Shown here: positions 18,155 through 25,585 of the stretch, piece after piece
Numbering within the stretch: the stretch's first letter is position 1
Layout of the letters: each line of letters begins with the position of its first letter
NCBI GenBank assembly: GCA_049513975.1
Contig: JBEKVM010000001.1
Coordinates: forward strand, 7,836 to 71,835
Direction: 5' to 3'
Length of the DNA stretch: 64,000 nucleotides
Source: Verrucomicrobiota bacterium
GTDB taxonomy: Bacteria > Verrucomicrobiota > Verrucomicrobiia > Limisphaerales > Palsa-1400
Made by a program: the position numbers and the translations under genes
Notes under the pieces: model-generated
What the model was told of the DNA's origin: nothing
The model's input: only the letters and a program-made list of their open reading frames with translations
The model's database searches: none

Positions 18155-19630
18155 TCACGGCTGCGGGGCGGGCGGCGCGTAATAGTCAATCATTCTTTGC
18201 AAGGCCCATTTGCAAACGGCGCAAAACTGGTCGTTTGGCCGCATGGCGTTCATGATGCAGTTTTCCTGCGAGCGATACATGCCGGTTTTCAGATACCCCG
18301 CGCCCTCGAAGGCGCCGACGCGGTCGGGCAAGGCGGCGATTTTGGCCTGGATCTCAGCCTGGCGCGCCTTGACGCCGGCGTCCAGGGCCTGGAGCTGGGC
18401 GTCGCTCATGCCGTTGGTAAGATTGCGCAATTCCTGCCGCAGCGCGGTGATCGCCGTCCGGGCGGGCGGGGTGGGCAGGGCGACTCCGGGGGTGAGGAGC
18501 GCTTTCCATTTGATGTTGGCGGGGTCGAGCATTTCGGTGATGTTCGGATCATTGGGTTCGACGCCTTTGGGGTACATGTCATTGTAGGAGACGTTGCCCT
18601 GGTATTCGTCGGCGAGGAAGGCAAAGGCGTGGCCGAGTTCATGGATGAAGACCAACTGGCTGCGCTGGTTGTCCACGGAAGTGATGCAATAATCCAGGCA
18701 GATGCTGCCGCCGCCGTAGCGCGTCGTATTGACAAGAACGATGATGGTGTCGTAAGGCACCTGGGCGGCCATGCGGTGCATGGCAAAGCTGTCCTGCACC
18801 AGCAGGTAACGGTCTTCCTCGAAGGAATTGTAGGAGGCGTTGAGGCTGGTGTTTTTGTAACGGCGCTGCAGCGGTTCGTCCATGCCCCGCTCCGGCGAAG
18901 CGCGGAAAACGGCGTTGATGTTGAATCTGTCCTTGTTGGTCTTGTAAGGCTCCATGCTGAAGAGGAAGGCGGTCATGCGCTCGGCGTCCTTTTTGAATTT
19001 GTCCTTGTCCTCCGCGGTGTAGCCCTCGGCCAAAAAAACGAAGTCCACCTTGTCGTGCGGATCGCCGGTTTTCTGGATTTCAAACACGGTGTCGCCCATG
19101 TTCACATTTTCGCGGATGATATGATAATCATTGGGATCCACCGTGGTGATGTAAAGGGGAACGGGCACATTGAACTTGTCGCGGCGTTCCACCACCACCA
19201 GCACCGGTTTTTTCGGACAAGGAAAGCGCAAGACCGTCTCGTAGGCGCGCTTGACGCCGTCCAGGGCGGGCTGGGTGGTTTTGTATTCGGCGAACAGGGG
19301 ATTGAAGCCGCGGGAATAAATGAGGCGGTTGGAGTTCCTGTCATAGACCTTCAGGCAATAATGCCCTATTTCAAAGGGCTGGATGAGCGAGCGCGGATTC
19401 TCCGGCCAGACCGGCTCCTGATAAATGGCGTGTTCGGTGATGATTTCATTGGTGGCGTCGCCGATCTCGTAAATCTCCAGGCGCAAGGCGGCGTTGGTAA
19501 AGTAATCGTCGAACACCACGGGGGCCGGTTGGGCCGCCACCCGGACGGCCAGACCGCAAAGCAGGGCCAGGACAACCAGCAGGGACGTTGTGGCGCCGGG
19601 AATCCGGCGGTTTGGGATGTTTTTCATCAT
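18155..19630 (-). CDS. Peptidase M64 (IgA peptidase-like) family protein
   Basis: FIHELGHAFAFLADEY zinc motif. Signal peptide MMKNIPNRRIPGATTSLLVVLALLCGLAV. Confidence 0.8.
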   Translation of the reverse strand: MMKNIPNRRIPGATTSLLVVLALLCGLAVRVAAQPAPVVFDDYFTNAALRLEIYEIGDATNEIITEHAIYQEPVWPENPRSLIQPFEIGHYCLKVYDRNSNRLIYSRGFNPLFAEYKTTQPALDGVKRAYETVLRFPCPKKPVLVVVERRDKFNVPVPLYITTVDPNDYHIIRENVNMGDTVFEIQKTGDPHDKVDFVFLAEGYTAEDKDKFKKDAERMTAFLFSMEPYKTNKDRFNINAVFRASPERGMDEPLQRRYKNTSLNASYNSFEEDRYLLVQDSFAMHRMAAQVPYDTIIVLVNTTRYGGGSICLDYCITSVDNQRSQLVFIHELGHAFAFLADEYQGNVSYNDMYPKGVEPNDPNITEMLDPANIKWKALLTPGVALPTPPARTAITALRQELRNLTNGMSDAQLQALDAGVKARQAEIQAKIAALPDRVGAFEGAGYLKTGMYRSQENCIMNAMRPNDQFCAVCKWALQRMIDYYAPPAPQP

Positions 19631-19772
19631 AAAACTCAGTTCACAGGCCAGGGCCACGGCCAGGGCCGGCGCCCTGCCGCGGGCAAGTTCATCCGGTTAC
19701 AAAAGCAGACTTGCCGCCCCCCGTCGAGATTTTTCCCGCGGCCCAAATTTTCGCCCGGGGCCGATTCAAAAT
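19542..19772. repeat. Segment A: M64 gene 5' end plus upstream region, duplicated at 21601-21825
   Basis: Aligned by eye over about 225 bp, with a few substitutions and one short indel. Confidence 0.85.
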
Positions 19773-19925
19773 GTCCCCCCAACCCTTCATTGCCCTAGAG
19801 GTGAGGGCGGTGGAATCCATGTTGGGAAGGGTGTTTGCACGCAGCCACAGGGCGCGAGCTGGAACCCGGCGACTTCACGACGAGGCTGACTGGTGGGCCT
19901 TCGGCGACTGTGAGAGGTTTGAGGC

Positions 19926-20050
19926 AAAATCAACAATGGGATTTTTTAACAGGAGGGCGCAGAGGAAGCAGAGGTTTTCTTTTTTCGTTCTCCGTTTTCT
20001 CCGTTCTCTCCTGTTCCAAATTCCTGCGTTCAAGCTCCGCGTTGGTTTTT
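19926..20050 (+). repeat. Mosaic-leader sub-module Q (partial P end plus Q) joined directly to H1
   Basis: aaaatcaacaatgggattttttaacaggagggcgcagaggaagcagaggttttcttttttcgttctccgttttctccgttctctcctgttccaaattcctgcgttcaagctccgcgttgg matches 23120-23235 and 25335-25450. Confidence 0.8.
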
Positions 20051-20052
20051 GA

Positions 20053-20135
20053 GGCTCCACCTTAACTTTGCCCAATTTGGATTTGAATCATGGCCGTCTT
20101 TGAGCAGCATGGGAGAAAGTTATAGTTTGAGTCCT
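20053..20135 (+). repeat. H1: ~84-bp imperfect-palindrome element
   Basis: Core cttaactttgcccaatttggatttgaatcatggccgtctttgagcagcatgggagaaagttatag. The outer arms are not self-complementary. Confidence 0.85.
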
Positions 20136-20165
20136 TCGCTGGTTTGACTCTTTTCAGGCACATCA

Positions 20166-20699
20166 TCATTTGTTAAGTCTCTCTTTGAAGAACAGCCGAG
20201 TTGTTTTTACTGGATGTTGAAGGAACAGTATCTTCCACGGATACACTTTTCTATCAGGATCAACACCGATACTCAACAGCCATTGCCGCCGAAACTCCAA
20301 TTGCTCCTTAAGAGAGCAAGGGTCAACATCCTGACCTGAGTCAAATATTGACACCAAATCCTTCATATCGCCCTTCTTTCCAAGATAACATCTATATGCC
20401 ATTTCGCCATTTCCCATGCTTGCACCCATTCCTGATGATGACACATTTCTACTATTACCATAGCACCGCAATAATTGACTTTCCTTTTCCAACTCACTGC
20501 GGATATAATTTAATGCAACTAAATAACTGGTGGCGGCACGGGAAATCTCGCGATTCGCGAATCGTAATGTTATCTGCACGAGCTTGGTATCGTCCGGGCT
20601 TTGGCCCCACAGCAGTAATGTGCCTCCCGTAATTGACTTGTCAGACATCAAGATATCAACGGGTTTCGCAATCGGCTCAGTAATAGTTTGAGATTTCAT
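20166..20699 (-). CDS. Hypothetical protein, low-GC orphan, antisense to the array
   Basis: 177 aa from the ATG at 20699 (the track's 180-aa version uses a TTG start). Two hand-counted 60-nt lines are 37% and 42% GC. No family recognised. Confidence 0.55.
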   Translation of the reverse strand: MKSQTITEPIAKPVDILMSDKSITGGTLLLWGQSPDDTKLVQITLRFANREISRAATSYLVALNYIRSELEKESQLLRCYGNSRNVSSSGMGASMGNGEMAYRCYLGKKGDMKDLVSIFDSGQDVDPCSLKEQLEFRRQWLLSIGVDPDRKVYPWKILFLQHPVKTTRLFFKERLNK

Positions 20700-20778
20700 A
20701 CCAATCAAGTTATTTCTTGCAAGTAGGAGCTGCTGATGCTGTTGTGCTTCCAGATGTTCCGATGCAAACGTTCAAAGC

Positions 20779-20860
20779 GGTCAGACCATAACTGTGCCCA
20801 ATTTGGACTTGAATCATGGCCGTCATTGAGCACGATCGGACAAAGTTATAGTTTGATCCC
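20779..20860 (+). repeat. H2: imperfect-palindrome element
   Basis: ggtcagaccataactgtgcccaatttggacttgaatcatggccgtcattgagcacgatcggacaaagttatagtttgatcc. Confidence 0.85.
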
Positions 20861-20920
20861 TTCGACGTCGCATCCACTTTTTAAGCGTGATTATGAGGCA
20901 TTTTTACCGCCATTCGCCGC

Positions 20921-21184
20921 CGCAAGCAAGGTTTTTCGCATCCATCAAATGGGTCAAACTATCGGGCGTGTTGCCCAAATCGAAAGCTGGAGAAAAGCGT
21001 TGCCGGACGGGTCCGATGTCTGCATGAATTTGTGAACAGAAGCAGGTTTGGATAATGCTGCGACCGAGGACGGTCGCACTCCGCGAACACAGGCACCTCG
21101 CTGTCCGCTCGCCGGCCTAATCGGCCAAAATCAACAAACGGATATTTTAACAGGAGGGCGCAGAGGAAACAGAGGTTTTCTTTC
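20921..21184 (+). repeat. Mosaic-leader sub-modules S-tail plus P (third copy)
   Basis: cgcaagcaaggtttttcgcatccatcaaa...ttgcccaaatcgaaagctggagaaaagcgttgccggacgggtccgatgtctgcatgaatttgtgaacag...ataatgctgcgaccgaggacggtcgcactccg aligns with 22921-23170 and 25165-25380. Confidence 0.85.
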
Positions 21185-21442
21185 TGCTTCCTCGACGTTT
21201 TCAGTGGACGCCCCCGGAAGGGTGAAAGGATTGGGAGCGCGACCGTCCCGGTCGCTGTGGGGCGCGTCTCGCGCCCCACCTCTTGGCCGATTGCTTCCCA
21301 TAGGCTCAGTTTCGGACGGGCCGCCTTCAAGGAGAAGCTCAGCCGGAATGTGTTTGGCGGGACGCCAAACACGGCGTGCGAGACGCACGCGCTCCCCGAA
21401 TCAGCCGTTGCCCGATCAGATCCACTGAAAACGTCGGGGAAC
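21185..21442. mobile_element. MITE-like 258-bp insertion interrupting the P/Q junction
   Basis: Terminal inverted repeats ttcctcgacgttttcagtgga (21188-21208) and tccactgaaaacgtcggggaa (21420-21440), with a 16-bp perfect core. Flanked by gttttctttc / gttttcttttc direct repeats. Absent from the two other P-Q copies. Confidence 0.7.
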
Positions 21443-21514
21443 CTGTTTTCTTTTCTCGTTCTCCGTTCTCTCCCGTTCAAGATTCCTGCGTTGGAACTCC
21501 GCGTTAGATTTTCA
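21443..21514 (+). repeat. Mosaic-leader sub-module Q joined directly to H3
   Basis: gttttcttttctcgttctccgttctctcccgttcaagattcctgcgttggaactccgcgttagatttt. Confidence 0.8.
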
Positions 21515-21594
21515 GGGTCACCCTTAACTTTGCCCAAATTGGACTTGAATCATGGCCGTCTTTGAGCAGGATGGGACAAAATTATGGGTGACCC
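21515..21594 (+). repeat. H3: imperfect-palindrome element
   Basis: gggtcacccttaactttgcccaaattggacttgaatcatggccgtctttgagcaggatgggacaaaattatgggtgaccc. The arms are self-complementary. Confidence 0.85.
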
Positions 21595-21600
21595 GTTTGA

Positions 21601-21825
21601 CGGACGGCCAGACCGCAAAGCAGGGCCAGGACAACCAGCAGGGACGTTGTGGCGCCGGGAATCCGGCGGTTTGGGATGCTTTTTATCATAAAACTCAGTT
21701 CACAGGGCATTGCCGGGGCCGGCGCCCTCCCGCGGGCAAGTTCATCCGGTTACAAAAGCAGACTTGCCGGCCCCCGTCGAGATTTTTCACGCGGGCCAAA
21801 TTCTCGCCCGGGGCCGATTCAAAAG
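21601..21825. repeat. Segment A': duplicate of the M64 5' end/upstream region, with an orphan 34-codon signal-peptide remnant on the minus strand
   Basis: Minus-strand ATG at about 21690 gives MIKSIPNRRIPGATTSLLVVLALLCGLAVRQTGHP*, which terminates at the H3 boundary. Confidence 0.85.
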
Positions 21826-21983
21826 AAGACTCGCCAATATCGCATGGCAAAAAGCGGTCACTTCTTCCCTCTCCCTTCCGCCGCAATCATGTTCAGCTTG
21901 GCGATCACCCGGAACCCACGCCGAAAAAGGTCAAGCCTTGCAAGTCGGCAGTTACCAAAAATAAAAATGCCCAAGAATAAAAA

Positions 21984-22012
21984 TTGACAAACCGGTTCAA
22001 TGTGCTGATATT
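21984..22012 (+). promoter_or_regulatory. Candidate sigma70-type promoter for the Ig-like gene
   Basis: TTGACA (21984-21989), a 17-nt spacer, then GATATT (22007-12), in an AT-rich stretch about 100 nt upstream of the start. Confidence 0.4.
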
Positions 22013-22108
22013 TGCGCCTGGAGGGTCAAAGGCAAAATTTAAAATGAAACACGAATCTCATCCAGGTTGCTGCCTTGGCATTTGCTTTCGGCAACCAAAT
22101 CCAGTTAC

Positions 22109-22705
22109 ATGCTTATGAAGACACGTCAACGCGCCCGTCTGCTTCTCACCATCCTCATGTCAGTGGCCTCGCTTGCCATTTCCACGGTTCGCCTGCGGGC
22201 GCAACCCACCATCGCAGCGCAACCAACAAACCAATCGGTTCTGTTGGGCGGCGCCGGCAGTTTTTCGGTCGCCGCCACCGGAACGGGGAGCCTTTCGTAT
22301 GTGTGGCAATTCGAGGGCACCAATACCACCAACACCGGGCCCTCCCTGTCCATTCCGGTGGTTCACCACGCCGATGTCGGATCTTACGATGTGATCGTCA
22401 CCGATCAAACCGGTAGCGTGACCAGCTCCGTTGTTAAGCTAACCCCTGCCGGACCGCGTCCGATCATCACACTCGTCACCAATACGCCGGACTACAATGT
22501 GATTGACCTGCAATACACTGTGGCGCCCAACGGCCAATTCCAACTGTTTGTTGCCCATGATTTGACGCCGCCCATTCAATGGTTTGGGCCGGCCTACATC
22601 CGCCAGTCCGGTGGCGCCAGCAACTACAACTGGAGCTACGCCCGGGGCACCAACTACACCGAATACTATCCCAAGACTTTTTGGCGCCTGGATCCCTATC
22701 CCTGA
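22109..22705 (+). CDS. Exported Ig-like (I-set type) domain protein
   Basis: Signal MLMKTRQRARLLLTILMSVASLAISTVRLRA. PTIAAQPTNQSVLLGGAGSFSVAATGTGSLSYVWQF...ADVGSYDVIVTD is a typical Ig I-set pattern. C-terminus ...FWRLDPYP. Confidence 0.65.
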   Translation: MLMKTRQRARLLLTILMSVASLAISTVRLRAQPTIAAQPTNQSVLLGGAGSFSVAATGTGSLSYVWQFEGTNTTNTGPSLSIPVVHHADVGSYDVIVTDQTGSVTSSVVKLTPAGPRPIITLVTNTPDYNVIDLQYTVAPNGQFQLFVAHDLTPPIQWFGPAYIRQSGGASNYNWSYARGTNYTEYYPKTFWRLDPYP

Positions 22706-22725
22706 CCGTCAAAGGGCTCATCAAA

Positions 22726-22808
22726 GGCGTCAAACCGTAACTTTTCCCAATTTGGACTTGAATCATGGCCGTCTTTGAGCAGGATGGGACAAAGTTAAGG
22801 GGGACCCC
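22726..22808 (+). repeat. H4: imperfect-palindrome element, 20 nt after the stop of the Ig-like gene
   Basis: ggcgtcaaaccgtaacttttcccaatttggacttgaatcatggccgtctttgagcaggatgggacaaagttaagggggacccc. Its right outer arm matches the reverse complement of the H3 left arm (13/14) rather than its own left arm. Confidence 0.85.
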
Positions 22809-23368
22809 TTCAACAGCGAGACGGAGCCGTTGCGGTTTGAAGCGCTTGAAACCAAGACTGACCGGCGAGGGCGCCGGTCAGCACACGCGAGGGCGCGTAT
22901 GCTCCCCGCGCATTCCCCTTCGCAAGCAAAGTTTTTCGCATCCATCAAACTATAGGGCGTGCTGCCCGAATCGAAAGCTGGAGAAAAGCATTGCCGGACG
23001 GGTCCGATGTCTGCAGGAATTTGTGAACAGAAGCAGGTCTGGATAATGCTGCGACCGAGGACGGTCGCACTCCGCGAACACAGGCACTTCGCTGTCCGCT
23101 CCCCGGCTTAATCGGCCAAAATCAACAAACGGATTTTTAACAGGAGCGCGCAGAGGAAACAAAGGTTTTCTTTTTTCGTTCTCCGTTTTCTCCGTTGTCT
23201 CCTGTTCAAAATTCCTGCGTTAAAGCTCCGCGTTGGATTTAATTGGCAAGAGCTACTGATTGAGCCGTTCGAGGAAAAAGGACTTGCAAACCTGTGGAGA
23301 AGGAGGAGAATCACGAAAAAGGCCCACCCTGGTCGTGGGCAAGAATCCAAATGGGAAATGTCAAAAAA
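22809..23368 (+). repeat. Mosaic non-coding leader S-P-Q-R, copy 1 (~560 bp)
   Basis: Collinear and over 90% identical by eye with 25089-25585, apart from an 85-bp segment missing in copy 2. Confidence 0.85.
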
Positions 23369-23401
23369 TGCTTCACCACCATCGCAGGAGGGCGCCGCCA
23401 A

Positions 23402-24721
23402 ATGACGCTTCGGAAATTATCGAGTTGTTGTTTCATTGGTGTAGCGGGGATGATTTTCGCCAATGTGGGATTGGCCGATGAATTGCAAAGTGCGTCCCGT
23501 CCGATCGTTTTAAAGGCCGCCCACATTTTCGATTCTGTCTCCGGAAAATTGGAGGAGCCGGGCGTCGTCGTCGTCGCGGGCACAAAAATCCAGGCTGTCG
23601 GCAGCGGCGCCAAGATTCCCGGCGAGGCGAAGGTGATTGACCTCGGCGATGCCACATTGATGCCCGGTTTTATTGATGCCCACGTTCATCTGTCGTTCGA
23701 GATGAGCGACAAATGGTATGAAGATTGGTACGCGGGGATGATGCGCTTTCCTGCCGAGCAGGCGCTGTACGGCGCGCACTATGCCAAGGTCACCCTCGAG
23801 GCGGGTATAACTACGGTCCGCGATCTCGGCTCGGATGACTATGTATCGCTGGGACTGAGAAACGCGATCAAAGCCGGCATGATCCCGGGTCCGCGGATGC
23901 TGGTGGCGAATTACGCGATCGGAGCGACCGGTGGCCACGCCGACCAGGACCCCGTGCCGCCGCACCGGCTCGCCCCGGCAGGTCCCATCCAAGGAGTGTG
24001 TAACGGCCCCGATGAATGCCGGGCTGCCGTGCGCTACCAGATGAAATATGGCGCTGACGTCATTAAATTCATGCCTTCGGGTGGAGTTCTTTCCCTTTCC
24101 GATCCCGTGGACACACCCGAACTTACCCAGGAGGAAATGAACGCAATCGTGTCCGAAGCCCATGCCTGGAAACGCAAAGTGGCCGCCCACTGCCACGGCG
24201 ATCTGGCGGCCAAAATGGCCATTGCCGCCGGTGTGGACTCCATCGAGCACGGCACCTTCCTGCAGGATGACACGCTGCGGGAAATGAAGAACAAGCATGT
24301 GTACTTGGTTCCTACGCTCTTCGCTCTTTATTGGGTGGGCCAGAAGGCCGACACTTACCCGCCGGTCATCGCTGAAAAGGCTCGAGCAGCATCCGCGCAG
24401 AGCCAGAAGATGTTTCAGCACGCGGTCGAAATTGGGGTTCCGATTGCGATGGGCACGGATGCCGCGGTCGAGCCGCACGGCATGAACGCACGGGAGTTTT
24501 CGCTGATGACGGCTAACGGGCTGGAGCCAGCTCAGGCGCTGCTGGCGGGCACGGCGAAAGGCGCCGACTTGCTTGGCATCTCTGATCAAACAGGAACTCT
24601 ACAGCCAGGGAAGTATGCCGACATCGTGGCTGTTGCCGGCAATCCTCTTCTCAACATCAAAACCACGGAGCATCCGATACTGGTAATGAAGGAAGGGGTC
24701 ATCTACATGGGCAGCAAGTAA
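23402..24721 (+). CDS. Exported amidohydrolase-superfamily metallo-hydrolase
   Basis: Signal MTLRKLSSCCFIGVAGMIFANVGLA. LMPGFIDAHVHL metal-binding motif, AHCHG, and GTDA near the C-terminus. An alternative in-frame start lies at 23351. Confidence 0.85.
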   Translation: MTLRKLSSCCFIGVAGMIFANVGLADELQSASRPIVLKAAHIFDSVSGKLEEPGVVVVAGTKIQAVGSGAKIPGEAKVIDLGDATLMPGFIDAHVHLSFEMSDKWYEDWYAGMMRFPAEQALYGAHYAKVTLEAGITTVRDLGSDDYVSLGLRNAIKAGMIPGPRMLVANYAIGATGGHADQDPVPPHRLAPAGPIQGVCNGPDECRAAVRYQMKYGADVIKFMPSGGVLSLSDPVDTPELTQEEMNAIVSEAHAWKRKVAAHCHGDLAAKMAIAAGVDSIEHGTFLQDDTLREMKNKHVYLVPTLFALYWVGQKADTYPPVIAEKARAASAQSQKMFQHAVEIGVPIAMGTDAAVEPHGMNAREFSLMTANGLEPAQALLAGTAKGADLLGISDQTGTLQPGKYADIVAVAGNPLLNIKTTEHPILVMKEGVIYMGSK

Positions 24722-24743
24722 CTGCCCGAGGGGATCTATCAAA

Positions 24744-24825
24744 GGGTTCAAACCATAACTTTGCCCAAATTGGACTTGAATCATGGCCGTCTTTGAGGAG
24801 GATGGGACGATGCTGTTTTTTGACC
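24744..24825 (+). repeat. H5: imperfect-palindrome element with a degenerate right arm, 22 nt after the amidohydrolase stop
   Basis: gggttcaaaccataactttgcccaaattggacttgaatcatggccgtctttgaggaggatgggacgatgctgttttttgacc. Confidence 0.8.
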
Positions 24826-24859
24826 GCCTTGCCTGCAAGGCCAGGCGTCGGTCATGGAT

Positions 24860-24950
24860 GGTAGGGCGCGCAGTCCTCTGCGCGCCGCACGACGGTAGTG
24901 CGACGTTGATTCCAAAGTCCGACGGCGGGCAGCGGAGTGCCCGCCCTACC
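24860..24950. repeat. REP-like element (family B, long form)
   Basis: ggtagggcgcgcagtcctctgcgcgccgc...gggcagcggagtgcccgccctacc. Confidence 0.8.
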
Positions 24951-25004
24951 TTTCCCCGCCCACTCATTTTTGTTGAATTTTGGGCGGTGTCTTAATTGGT
25001 CCAA

Positions 25005-25088
25005 GTGGTCAAACCATAACTTTGCCCAAATTGGACTTGAATCATGGCCGTCTTTGAGGAGGATGGGACACAGTTATCGGTTGACCCC
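25005..25088 (+). repeat. H6: imperfect-palindrome element
   Basis: gtggtcaaaccataactttgcccaaattggacttgaatcatggccgtctttgaggaggatgggacacagttatcggttgacccc. Confidence 0.85.
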
Positions 25089-25585
25089 CTTCAGGAGCCC
25101 CCGCCGACCACACAGCGAGATGGAGCCGTTGCGGTTTGAAGCGCTTGAAACCAAGACTGACCGGCGAGGGCGTGCTGCCCGAATCGAAAGCTGGAGAAAA
25201 GCATTGCCGGACGGGTCCGATGTCTGCATGAGTTTGTGAACAGAAGCAGGTTTGGATAATGCTGCGACCGAGGACGGTCGCACTCCGCGAACACAGGCAC
25301 TTCGCTGTCCGCTCGCCGGCCTAATCGGCCAAAATCAGCAAACGGATTTTTAACAGGAGCGCGCAGAGGAAACAGAGGTTTTCTTTTTTCGTTCTCCGTT
25401 TTCTCCGTTGTCTCCTGTTCAATATTCCTGCGTTAAAGCTCCGCGTTGGATTTAATTGGCAAGAGCTACTGATTGAGCCGTTCGAGGAAAAAGGACTTGC
25501 AAATCTGTGGAGCAGGAAGAAAATCACGAAAAAGGCCCACGCAGTTCGCGGGCGAGAATCAAACTGGGAAATCCCAGAAAAACCT
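25089..25585 (+). repeat. Mosaic non-coding leader S'-P-Q-R, copy 2 (~500 bp)
   Basis: Same order of sub-modules as copy 1. Ends exactly at the ATG of the FG-GAP gene. Confidence 0.85.

Noticed and set aside
20088-20123. Micro-ORF in the H loop (MAVFEQDGTKL)
   Set aside because: The stop position and downstream residues are not conserved between copies. H3, H4 and others read through into flanking DNA, and there is no RBS. Conservation fits a nucleic-acid structure, not a peptide.
23294-23401. N-terminal extensions of array genes through the R module (23294 start, 27914 start, 25507-25743 ORF)
   Set aside because: R is read in three different frames relative to the three downstream genes. 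The extensions lack signal-peptide character, and credible starts with signal or TM segments lie downstream.
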